Part shown: one piece after another, positions 28,046 through 38,100 of the stretch
How positions within the stretch are numbered: the first letter of the stretch is position 1
Layout: each line of letters starts with the position of its first letter
Source: Leptospirales bacterium
GTDB taxonomy: Bacteria; Spirochaetota; Leptospiria; Turneriellales; JAOUFE01
Length of the DNA: 44,507 bases
Direction of reading: 5' to 3'
Assembly (NCBI GenBank): GCA_040326155.1
Contig: JBEQLE010000030.1
Location: 1-44,507, forward strand
The notes under the pieces: model-generated
What the model was told of the DNA's origin: nothing
Seen by the model: the letters and a program-made list of their open reading frames with translations, nothing else
The model's database searches: none
Made by a program: the position numbers and the translations under genes

Positions 28046-29206
28046 ATGAATAATTTTACATATCATAACCCGGTCAAAATAATATTTGGTAAAGCGGCAG
28101 TCGATAAATTGCCAACGCTACTGAGTAAAGATCGAAAAATTATGCTGGCATACGGTATGGGCTCCATTAAAAAAACCGGGCTCTACGATAAGATCTTGAA
28201 AACCCTGGAAGGTTATAAAGTTGTAGAGTTCGCAGGAATAGAAGCAAACCCGGACTATGCAACTTGCATGAAAGCGATTGCGTTAGCGAAAACAGAAGGA
28301 GTAGACTTTATACTTTCTGTCGGCGGTGGTTCGGTACTCGACGCAGTCAAGTTTATTGCTGCAGGGGTAAACTACGACGGGGACGATCCATGGGAATTAC
28401 TGACAGAAAAAAAATCGATTAAAGTAAAATCGGCATTGCCAATCGGCTGCATCCTTACATTGGCCGCCACCGGCTCCGAAGGTAACGGATTTTCAGTAAT
28501 CTCGCGAAGGGAGACAGGTGAAAAGCTGGCTTTCGGCAGTCCTCTTTTATATCCTCTGTTTTCAATATTAGACCCCCAGCTTACATTCACTCTAAATAAA
28601 ACACAAACAGTCAATGGAATTGTCGATGCATTTGTACATGTATTCGAACAATACTGTACGTACGATGTAAACTCACCGCTGCAAGATCGCCAATCGGAGG
28701 CAATTCTAAAAACGCTTATTGAAGAAGGACCAAAAGTAATAAATGACCCTGAAAATTACGAAGCCCGCGCGAACGTTATGTGGTGCGCTACGCACGCATT
28801 AAACGGAATGTCCAGTTGTGGAATTGTACAAGACTGGTCGACACATATGATCGGACACGAACTAACCGCAATCTATGGACTGGACCATGCCAGGAGTCTG
28901 GCGGCGATACTGCCCGCTTTAATCGAGTACAAAAAAAACAAAAAGTTCGACAAGTTTGTTCAATATGGAAAACGGGTGTGGCATAGCGTTCAAGGCGATG
29001 ACGAAACTATTTTCAACAAATCGATGGAAAAAACTCTGAAGTTTTTCGAAAGCCTTGAAATGCCAACACGCCTCAGCGCATACGATATTACAAATGAAAA
29101 GTTTGGCGAAATCGGCCAACGCTTCGAAGATCGCAATATGAAGATCGGCGAACGCCAGGACATTGGAAAAAACGAAGTCATTGAAATTCTAAACAAAGCT
29201 TTATAG
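28046..29206 (+). CDS. Iron-containing alcohol dehydrogenase (YqhD/BdhA-like)
   Basis: GIEANP, VGGGSVLD, TLAATGSE, DAFVH, WSTHMIGHELTA..GLDHA. Confidence 0.94.
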   Translation: MNNFTYHNPVKIIFGKAAVDKLPTLLSKDRKIMLAYGMGSIKKTGLYDKILKTLEGYKVVEFAGIEANPDYATCMKAIALAKTEGVDFILSVGGGSVLDAVKFIAAGVNYDGDDPWELLTEKKSIKVKSALPIGCILTLAATGSEGNGFSVISRRETGEKLAFGSPLLYPLFSILDPQLTFTLNKTQTVNGIVDAFVHVFEQYCTYDVNSPLQDRQSEAILKTLIEEGPKVINDPENYEARANVMWCATHALNGMSSCGIVQDWSTHMIGHELTAIYGLDHARSLAAILPALIEYKKNKKFDKFVQYGKRVWHSVQGDDETIFNKSMEKTLKFFESLEMPTRLSAYDITNEKFGEIGQRFEDRNMKIGERQDIGKNEVIEILNKAL

Positions 29207-29298
29207 CTCTTAGCAAAGGGATGCTTTATAAGAAAATATGTACTCATAAATACAAAGGAATATTTCGGTCGAATACCGCAAAACGAACCTGGGTCTGC

Positions 29299-29336
29299 GT
29301 TTCGTAACCGACACCAATTGGTGTCGGTTACGAAAC
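29299..29336. repeat. Perfect 38-bp palindrome
   Basis: GTTTCGTAACCGACACCAA|TTGGTGTCGGTTACGAAAC. Confidence 0.95.
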
Positions 29337-29343
29337 CCTTTAC

Positions 29344-29383
29344 GCGCCGGCAAAACACGGGGCTTCGTCGGCCTGATTTTTAA
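29344..29383 (+). repeat. Dispersed ~40-bp REP-like element, copy 1
   Basis: GCGCCGGCAAAACACGGGGCTTCGTCGGCCTGATTTTTAA; near-identical to 35140-35180. Confidence 0.8.
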
Positions 29384-29566
29384 CAGTACATTGTCGATGA
29401 CGTTGCAGCAGCTTGAGTAGTTGCTCGCGTGAGCCGAAATGTATAACGCCAAAAATATGAATTAAATTATATAAGCTATTGACAGATTGGACGCCATTTA
29501 TATATCAATTTTGGTTATGTCTTAAAGACAAAAACGTATAATCAATATGAGGGATGAGGTGGAGTT

Positions 29567-32500
29567 ATGTGGAACAATAAAAACAATATAAGGACTTTAT
29601 ACGCTATAGTTGCAACAATTTTCATGTTTATCGGTTGTAACCAGGCAGTCCAGGTAGACGATTCTTTAGAAAGCAGCGCCGCTGAGCCATTTATTTTAGC
29701 GACCGTACCTATGGACGGCTATGCACTGCAATTTCATAACGCCGGTGCGATGGTTGCCTTTAACAAAGACATGGTTGCGCTCGATTTAACCGACCCGACA
29801 CTGGGCAATGTCCTGGTACAAGATATTACCGACCCGGCCAACCCCGTTCCTGTTATCGCAGATTTTTCTTATTCCGATCTGGGTAAAGCACTTATTATAC
29901 AACCGGTTATACCAACCGGGGGTGGCAAACCCGTAAATTTGAACGGATCGACATTTTCTGTAACGTTGCTTGCGGGTAACTCTACAAATGGCATACGCGC
30001 CCTCGACGGAACGAATCTGCAAAACGATTATACTTTTACATATACCTATCTGGCGTACAACACTGTTGACGCACGTAGCCAGGACAAAATTGCTCCTATG
30101 GTTACATTTAAGTATCCCGTGCCAGCTTCGGTGGGCATAAGTACCGAAACTGCCATAACGATTACTTTTAATGAACCTGTAAACCCCGCTTTACTTAGCG
30201 GTTCTTCTTTAATCATTACGGACGACCCTGTAAACGGAACGCCTGTCAGTGGAGTCTTGAGATATGTGGTTCCAGCGAACACACTTATGTTTTTTCCCAC
30301 CCAGAAAATGAAAAATAATACTGTATATACAGCCACCCTTGTGCCGGGTATACGAGACCTGACAGATGCGCTGCAAAACGCAACCGCTACAGAAGTAAGC
30401 TGGACTTTTACTACCGAGAAAGATAAAATTCCACCGAGCGTACTGGCAACCACACCTGCTGATGGAAGTATTGGAGTGGGCACAAACGCTGCGGTAAGTA
30501 TCACGATGTCCGAATTAATTAATCCGGTGACGTTAAACAATACTTCTATTACTGTTGTTGACGCTGCTCAAGTGCAGGTTGCGGGAATTTATTCCTTCGA
30601 TGCAAACTCGAATACGATAAATTTTTCACCATCTGCAAATTTGGCCACCAACATGGACTTTACTGTAAATGTTACAGCCGGGTTAATGGATATGGCTGGC
30701 AACGCGGCAACCCCGTATGCATTCACCTTTACCAGCGGCGCGGGAATAGACTCCATTGCACCAACGGTGTCAGCGACGTCACCTTTAGACACTGCAACTT
30801 CCGTCAGTTTAAACGCAAGCATTTCTATTCAGTTCAGCGAAGCTATGGACCCTTCCACCATTACTTTATTTGACGGTATATCGGGTTCGGTCTCCGTATT
30901 GGACGGTGTTGGAACGCCGGCTTTGGGAAATCTCTATTACGATGGACCCAGTAACAGTGCCATATTTATACCTTCGGCGGATTATAATGCTTTAAGTGCA
31001 TACCAGATTACCGTCACAAGCGGAGCAGCCGGAGTGAAAGATTTATCGGGGAATTCCCTGGTTGCCGATTATATCGTAAGTTTTACGACCGGTAACCAAA
31101 GCGATAAAACAGCTCCTTTGGTAATTGTAACCTCGCCTGTTCACGGGACAACAAATATGTTGCCGGACACACCGATTTCGGTCTCGTTTAACGAGCCTCT
31201 GAATGCATCCACGATCAACAACCAGACGTTCGTTGTCTCTGATGGTGCAACCGACTTGGCAGGAACTGTTTCCTATATTTATAACGCAGCTTCGGCAATA
31301 AACACAGCGACATTCACTTTACAAACGGGGGTTGTCTTAGACCCCGCAAAAATTTATACGGCGCGGCTAAGCACCTTAATTAAAGACCTGGCTGGTAATC
31401 CTCTTACAACCGACTACCATTGGTCCTTTACCGTAAAATCTACCCAGGGAAGTTCCCTAATTTCATCGATTTTCCCCGCAAATGGGAGCCTGGCTGTACC
31501 GGTTACATTAGGCGAAATTCAGGTTACTTTTACAAATAGCTTGAGTCCTCTGAGTCAGGGTATGCTTTCATCGTACATTTCTGCAACTGTAAATAATTTA
31601 ACTACGGGCGCCGTAACAAGTTTAACGCCAACGTCCGTAACGTATGACTCCCTGACTAAAAAGGCGATTATTACACTGCCGCCTTTAGCAGGTAATAGTA
31701 TTCATACCTTTAATTTGGCCGGTACAATTACCGACATTTACGGAACCACATCACCGACCGATTACTCCTGGTCGATGATTACAGAGAAGGTGTATTATCC
31801 TGTTTCCGTTACAGCCACCGGCGTAAGTGGAACCGGTTTAATATTGCAAAACAACGGTGGCGATAATCTTGCTATTAATGCCAATAGTACGTTTGTTTTT
31901 GCAACCAGTGTTTTAGATAATACCACATACAATGTAACTTTGGCTTCAAACCCGACTATGCCTTATCAAGAATGTTCCCTAACCAACGCGAGTGGAACTA
32001 TAAACGCAGCAGGTGTCTCCAATGTCGCAGTAAACTGTGTAACGAAACCGATCTGCCCCACACAAGCCAATATCGTAAAAACACCAGGGGTCGACTGGAC
32101 AATGCGAACTCCACCAACTGCAGCTATTACCGGAACCGGTTCTTGTCTCGTCGCTGTGGGCGATTGGGGAAAAGTTGTCAGTTCCCCCGATGGAGTAAAC
32201 TGGGAGACGCAAAAAACAGGACTAAACGACCATTTTGCCGATATTACCTGGGGTGGTACAAAATTTGTAGCCGTAGGTGCCATGGGCGCTGTAGTTACTG
32301 TAGAAGATGGTGAAACCTGGGTAAAACAAAACAGCGGGCTGCCCACAAACATACATTTGCAATCCATCGCCTGGACAGGCAACCTCTTTGTAGCTGTAGG
32401 GTCAGCAGGAACTATTATTACATCACCTGATGGCATAAACTGGACAACACAAAATTCCGGTACCACCAGCGAATTAACATCAGTAAAAGCTTTCTCTAAT

Positions 32501-34030
32501 ATTATCGCCGCAGTAGGTGGTAGTAACATACTGTATTCCATAGACGGCGTTAACTGGCAGGTTGTGAACATGGGCTTAAGTACAACATTAAAAGATGTAG
32601 CATGGTCAGGCAGTGAATACATGGCGCTCGATGCTTCTGGCTATATTTATAGTTCACCTGACGGGATGAGCTGGAGCCTGGTATCCGTGCTCTCAACAAG
32701 TTATGGCGGAACCCCTGTATCGAATGACGGTAGACTTATTGTCAAAGCAATAGAGCAGGCTCTAGTATATTATTCAAAAATAGAGTGGGACGGGAATCAA
32801 TTTATCGTTCTTAGCAAAGCGCACGGATTAGAATATTTCCTTACTACTGCTACCGGGTATATATTTACTTCCACGGATGGAGCTTCCTGGGCTGTAAAAG
32901 CTTTACCTACAAGTACGGCGCCTTCTGATATTTACATCGACAATAGCAAAACTTACCTGAGCGATTGGTATGGCAACATGCTTGTTTCCTATAATAATGC
33001 GGTAGACTGGGGTTATGCGATGGAGTCATTTGAATACAGTGATCTAAAGTTAGTAGAATGGGCAGATGGCAATGGTTTGAACTGGTTAAACGGGGAGTAT
33101 TGGATGGTAACGGACCGCAGGATGCCTGTACTGGATCCGAATACGGGGGGAACTTTGTATGTGAACTCCGGAATTCTTCTACGATCTGTAGATGGTATCC
33201 ACTGGCATAAACAAGTTTTTACGCCACCCATTGCTTCGAATCCTTTTGCTTTTCAAGAGCAATACTATTTCCGAACAATGAGATATTTTAATGGGCAATA
33301 TATTGTGACCGGTTCTATATACCAAAATGGATTTACACGAGCAATGACCATGGTCTCTTTTGATGGAACAACCTGGAGCGCCCCTACTGCAATTAATAAT
33401 GTAGCAGCTTTTTACGATATAGACCACAGTTCAGCAGAGTTGGTCGCCGTAGGTGTGGATGCCACCAATCACTTGCCTTACTTTTATACTTCTGCTAATG
33501 GGGTAACGTGGAAACAATCCATTACCCGGCAAATTCCCGGAACGAATCTCTTCAGCGTATCTTGTTCCAAGATCAATTTAGGCACAGATTGTGTTGCCGT
33601 TGGAAGAGGCGGGGCTATTTTCTGGCTGACCGGCGGAGTTGGCGATGGCATAAGTGTGGGAGCTGAAACAATGACCGATGTAGTCTGGAGTAACTCAAAC
33701 ATTGTCGTTGTCGGGGCGAACGGAACTGTTTACGAATCTACGGATATGCAAAACTGGACTGGCGTGGTGCTGTCTCCGAATCCATATAGTAGCGATGGAG
33801 GTACTTACTTTGAGTCTATTACATGGGACGGAGCAAACTTTATTGCAGTCGGTTACCAGACAATTCAAACCTCGAAAGATGGAATCTCCTGGCAATACCA
33901 AAATCACGTAATGGGAACCTGGCAATACGAAGCATTTTTAACGGTTGGTGCAAAACCCGCATTGTCTAAAGGAGAGGCATCGCAGTATGTAATATTCGAT
34001 TACAATATGCGTTTATTTACTTCGCCGTAA
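29567..34030 (+). CDS. Large surface lipoprotein: six SbsA/Big_5 Ig-like domains, one Cys-paired repeat, beta-propeller region
   Basis: Lipobox FIG-C; repeated D..AP.V....P...I.FxEP...DLxGN; many SxDGxxW (Asp-box-like) motifs in the C-terminal half; SD GAGGTGGAG. Confidence 0.88.
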   Translation: MWNNKNNIRTLYAIVATIFMFIGCNQAVQVDDSLESSAAEPFILATVPMDGYALQFHNAGAMVAFNKDMVALDLTDPTLGNVLVQDITDPANPVPVIADFSYSDLGKALIIQPVIPTGGGKPVNLNGSTFSVTLLAGNSTNGIRALDGTNLQNDYTFTYTYLAYNTVDARSQDKIAPMVTFKYPVPASVGISTETAITITFNEPVNPALLSGSSLIITDDPVNGTPVSGVLRYVVPANTLMFFPTQKMKNNTVYTATLVPGIRDLTDALQNATATEVSWTFTTEKDKIPPSVLATTPADGSIGVGTNAAVSITMSELINPVTLNNTSITVVDAAQVQVAGIYSFDANSNTINFSPSANLATNMDFTVNVTAGLMDMAGNAATPYAFTFTSGAGIDSIAPTVSATSPLDTATSVSLNASISIQFSEAMDPSTITLFDGISGSVSVLDGVGTPALGNLYYDGPSNSAIFIPSADYNALSAYQITVTSGAAGVKDLSGNSLVADYIVSFTTGNQSDKTAPLVIVTSPVHGTTNMLPDTPISVSFNEPLNASTINNQTFVVSDGATDLAGTVSYIYNAASAINTATFTLQTGVVLDPAKIYTARLSTLIKDLAGNPLTTDYHWSFTVKSTQGSSLISSIFPANGSLAVPVTLGEIQVTFTNSLSPLSQGMLSSYISATVNNLTTGAVTSLTPTSVTYDSLTKKAIITLPPLAGNSIHTFNLAGTITDIYGTTSPTDYSWSMITEKVYYPVSVTATGVSGTGLILQNNGGDNLAINANSTFVFATSVLDNTTYNVTLASNPTMPYQECSLTNASGTINAAGVSNVAVNCVTKPICPTQANIVKTPGVDWTMRTPPTAAITGTGSCLVAVGDWGKVVSSPDGVNWETQKTGLNDHFADITWGGTKFVAVGAMGAVVTVEDGETWVKQNSGLPTNIHLQSIAWTGNLFVAVGSAGTIITSPDGINWTTQNSGTTSELTSVKAFSNIIAAVGGSNILYSIDGVNWQVVNMGLSTTLKDVAWSGSEYMALDASGYIYSSPDGMSWSLVSVLSTSYGGTPVSNDGRLIVKAIEQALVYYSKIEWDGNQFIVLSKAHGLEYFLTTATGYIFTSTDGASWAVKALPTSTAPSDIYIDNSKTYLSDWYGNMLVSYNNAVDWGYAMESFEYSDLKLVEWADGNGLNWLNGEYWMVTDRRMPVLDPNTGGTLYVNSGILLRSVDGIHWHKQVFTPPIASNPFAFQEQYYFRTMRYFNGQYIVTGSIYQNGFTRAMTMVSFDGTTWSAPTAINNVAAFYDIDHSSAELVAVGVDATNHLPYFYTSANGVTWKQSITRQIPGTNLFSVSCSKINLGTDCVAVGRGGAIFWLTGGVGDGISVGAETMTDVVWSNSNIVVVGANGTVYESTDMQNWTGVVLSPNPYSSDGGTYFESITWDGANFIAVGYQTIQTSKDGISWQYQNHVMGTWQYEAFLTVGAKPALSKGEASQYVIFDYNMRLFTSP

Positions 34031-34043
34031 TTAAAGCACAACT

Positions 34044-34100
34044 GCTTGAGACTGTCTTCTGTCTTTCAATAAATCATAAAGACAAAAGATAGTCTCAAGT
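34044..34100 (+). terminator. Long hairpin after the lipoprotein gene
   Basis: CTTGAGACTGTCTTCTGTCTTT...AAAGACAAAAGATAGTCTCAAG, a ~22-bp stem with 2 mismatches. Confidence 0.6.
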
Positions 34101-34174
34101 AAAATTTACGCAATTTTAAAAACCAGCCTTCAAAGACCAAAATAAGAAACTAATATAACATAATAAAATTTTCA

Positions 34175-34202
34175 TTGACTATAACAATACATCTTGCATA
34201 AT
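34175..34202 (+). promoter_or_regulatory. Sigma70-like promoter for the lipase
   Basis: TTGACT-N16-CATAAT. Confidence 0.45.
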
Positions 34203-34254
34203 CATCCCAGAAGACGAATGTAGTAATCAAATATAACATCATTTGGGGGGCAAT

Positions 34255-35133
34255 ATGGATCATGATAATACTTTGAAGTCTCTTTTATTTCCTGGAGAAA
34301 CAAACAAATTTTTCGATATAGAAAGTCTACCACCGATGGAAATTGAAGCAAAAGGTTTTAGTAAAGTAAATGCATGGTGGCTGGCTGAAGTATCACGTCT
34401 TATCTATAAACAAGAATCAGATGAGATCGGCAATAAGGCTACAAGTACTACCAGAAATGAGATACTGAATCGTCTCAATCTCAACGAACGAAAGTTTTAC
34501 AACAAATCCGGTACCCAATGCGCAATTATAGAATCTAATGACAAAAAATTCGCTATTTTAGTATTCCGGGGTTCCCACGAACTAAAAGATTGGCTGGCAA
34601 ACGCCAATGTACCGCCAACAAAAATAAGCAATGGTTGTCGTATTCATAGTGGATTTAAAAGAGCGCTAGATCTCGTCTGGAAAAAAGTACGAACTGAGCT
34701 AGATAAAATGGATTGTCCTGTGTTTTATACGGGACACAGCCTCGGAGCAGCACTGGCTACCATTGCAGCTTATAGAAAAAGTCCGCATAGTCTTTATACA
34801 TTTGGCAGTCCACTAGTTGGCAACGGTAAGTTTAAAAAATCTTTCAAAGGTAAAAAAGCATATAGAATTGTCAACAATAGAGACATTGTTGCCACGGTGC
34901 CCCGTATGTTCAAATACCAGCATACAGGACAGTGCCATTATATCTCAAATGATAACAGTATTCTGATCAATCCACGGAATAAAATAATAAAGTTTGATAA
35001 AAAGATAATAGATGAGTCTTTAAGTGATACGACGAACGAAAGTCAGCCATTCAAAGATCTACCGGAATTTTTAGGCGATCACTCCCCCATAAACTATGTA
35101 GCACATATGCAAAGACAGTTAAGCAATACATAA
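34255..35133 (+). CDS. Class 3 lipase
   Basis: VFRGS..DWL, HSGF, YTGHSLGAALA, YTFGSPLVG, NNRDIV..VP, DHSP..Y. Confidence 0.92.
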   Translation: MDHDNTLKSLLFPGETNKFFDIESLPPMEIEAKGFSKVNAWWLAEVSRLIYKQESDEIGNKATSTTRNEILNRLNLNERKFYNKSGTQCAIIESNDKKFAILVFRGSHELKDWLANANVPPTKISNGCRIHSGFKRALDLVWKKVRTELDKMDCPVFYTGHSLGAALATIAAYRKSPHSLYTFGSPLVGNGKFKKSFKGKKAYRIVNNRDIVATVPRMFKYQHTGQCHYISNDNSILINPRNKIIKFDKKIIDESLSDTTNESQPFKDLPEFLGDHSPINYVAHMQRQLSNT

Positions 35134-35139
35134 TTACCT

Positions 35140-35180
35140 GCGCCGACAAAACCCGAGGGCTTCGTCGGCCTGATTCTTAA
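35140..35180 (+). repeat. Dispersed ~40-bp REP-like element, copy 2 (between convergent genes)
   Basis: GCGCCGACAAAACCCGAGGGCTTCGTCGGCCTGATTCTTAA; imperfect hairpin. Confidence 0.8.
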
Positions 35181-35185
35181 ATTAA

Positions 35186-38100
35186 TTAATAGCCAGTTAC
35201 CATGACATTGTCGATGGCGCCGTAATAGTTCCACCCACCGGCATCGTTAAACTTAAACTTAACTTTCACGGAAGTTTTTCCTTTGGCGATAAGGCTTATA
35301 TCGAGTACCGGATGTTCATCAACCATAGAAATAGCATAAGTATCAACAATTTGCCAGCCTCCGCCAGCATCGACTTCTACCGTGAATACGTCCCCGGTGA
35401 GAAATCTGTATGTCAGATCAAATTCAAGAAACACTGAATTAAACGAAGAACAACTGAATGAATCGGAAACTAATTCCGTAAACAACGTCATACCGCTACC
35501 CGCAGCATCGGAATCAAAAGCAACATATTTACCATCGGATAAAAATGGCACCCAGTTTGTGTAACCCACTACCGAGTCAATATCTGTAGCTCCCGGAGCC
35601 GTATTGGGAAACCATGTTTTAAATGGAGGTAGTATGGCCCCTGAACTTCCGAGGTCAATACTTGTAAACTGCCCAAAACCGAACGCAAAATCTTCATAGA
35701 ATATTGGCGCCATTGTAGTGGCTTTAATGCTATATTCATATGCCGTGGCTAAATACGCTTCATATACCTCAATATAATATATTCCGGGTACCGGAAATTT
35801 ATAATTTATTTTAGCACAATCTCCAATTCCCCCACCAAAGTTTTGTACAAGTTGTACATTTGAATTGGCATCCGTATCGTATAAAATCATAATCGTTGAT
35901 ACGAGAGCGCATCCCACTCCGGTATTATCAAAGGTTTCAAAAGAATACACAAGATCTGTTGAGGTTACGTTTACCATCATCACATCAAAATCAGTCGCAC
36001 CGTTATGTAATGTCCGGTATTGTGGATTGCCATCTATGGCAAGAATACTGGGCTTGGCGATTGCATCTGCAATTGTATCATCTAACTCAAAAGAGTCCGC
36101 AGCTATGCCTGTTCCACAGGATACGTCGATGGTTACATTGGTTCCGTTAATGAATCCATTTCGAACCAGAGGCGCGCTACAGGTTATGCCTCCGCCGTCT
36201 GTTATGGTGACTGTAAAGGCTGTCTGGTCGGGTACTGTTTGTGCAAAAGTAATGGAGTCAAGACCTGAACCGCCGCCAACTATTGGCACTGCTCCATTGG
36301 CATCTAGTTCCACATTTATCGTTTTAACTCCAAGTCCAAGAGCGTTAATTGTTACGTTATAGTTTACAATTGCCGTACAGTTCACCACGATGCTCGTTAC
36401 GTTTGCAAAACCAACGATACCGGTCTGGGTTGAATTATCTACGGTACATATATTACCGGCTGAAGTATAACTAAAGATAGTCGCATAATAACTATCTCCG
36501 GTTACTTTAGACACGCTATATGTAAACACAATCGGGTCGGCTACCGCACCGGGAACCACAACCTGATCTGCTCCATTTTGCATGGTCATTGTATCGCCTG
36601 CATTCAGACCATAGATGTTACCGCCCACAGTATAAGAACTTTCAATCTGGCAGATTGACGAACACCCGTCCAGGCTATCCGTGTTTCCGTCGTCGCAGGT
36701 TTCCCCGACTTCTGTAGTCGAATTTCCACAAATGATAGAAGAATCGAACACACGCACATTATAATCTGTGCCAAAACCGCTTACATCGACTACGCTGATA
36801 TAGTAGGCCGTGTTACCTGCTGCAGAGCAAAATTCATCAACCGGCCCCGGGCCTGTCGAAGAGCATAAAAGCGCTGTATAACCCGAATCGCTATACACAT
36901 AAATGTTTGCATTACTCGATAAATTTGTGGCTTCAAAATCATATGTTGTTCCAACAGTAAGACCTGTTATACTATAATAGTCCGTTCCACCAGCTGACGC
37001 AGAACCAGGCGTTGGCGTGCCGAGTGTTAATACTGTAGGGGTTGGTCCCCCGCCACCAGAACAACTGATATTCACAGCTACCCCGGCCGCCGGATTCGGT
37101 ATATTACCTATGGCATTCGCCGTTGTTACCCCGCAAGTTAAACCTCCGGGTTGTGATGAAATCGAAATATTATAGGAGCTGTCTTCGGGTTGCGCCGTAT
37201 ACACAAATGCCCCGTCTGCGGTAAAATCGTTTTGCTGGGAGCCCAGGTTCGTACTGTTGACTACCGAGAGAGTACCTGATGTTAAACCACTCACGTTTAC
37301 CGTAACCGATGCTGTCGGTAACACAACACAGGTTATGTCTTGGTTTACTACATTAGCTCCAGAAATGACCAGAGGAGAAATGACCTGAAGGCCATTTAAA
37401 TCGAATGTACAACCTTTTCCATAAGGAGACTCTACTATTTGCAGATCTGAACTGGTGCCGTCATTAAATTGTGGCATCTGGTAAGCCGGAGTATCGCCAT
37501 CAATAAGTTTAGCAACCCCATTATACAATAGAATGGTTTGTTCAAGCGGTCCCGGTACAGTAGCGACTAAACCTACTACCGTCCCGCTGATATAATACGA
37601 GTTTGTAGTACATATTATGTTCACATTGACAATATTAGCTGCTGCAATATTACCGCCAGCGTTAACCACGCTACAGGTTTGCGCCGGAGTATTTGGATTG
37701 GTTTTTACGGTTACCGAATACGCCTTTGAATCATTTAACGCGGTAGCAAACGAGTAAGCTCCGTCTGCAGCAATTACAAGGTCATCGCCTGCATTATTCT
37801 GTAACACCAGTCCGGTTCCAACCAGACCCAAGACTGTACCGCCAACGGTGAACGTAGCTGTCGAAGAGCATGTAATATTCACATTGACGACATTCGCCCC
37901 ATCGACTGTTCCGGTTCCGGCTCCAACCGGGCAGGTTGTACCTGCCGGAGGCGTTTGGACGGTTACATTATACGTTGTCAAATCATCTTGAGCCGAAAAT
38001 ACAATCGCTCCGTCAACAGATGATACCTGCGCATCGACGCCATTATTTAATATTGTTATTGAACCGGGTGGTATCCCGCTTACAGTAGCTGTTACCGTGT

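Noticed and set aside
29395..29452. Integron attC site around GTATAAC
   Set aside because: No matching GTTRRRY end or convincing fold could be identified and no integrase is present.
29210..29452. 80-aa and 122-aa minus-strand ORFs
   Set aside because: They run across palindromic intergenic elements or antisense to the ADH gene and show no recognisable protein features.
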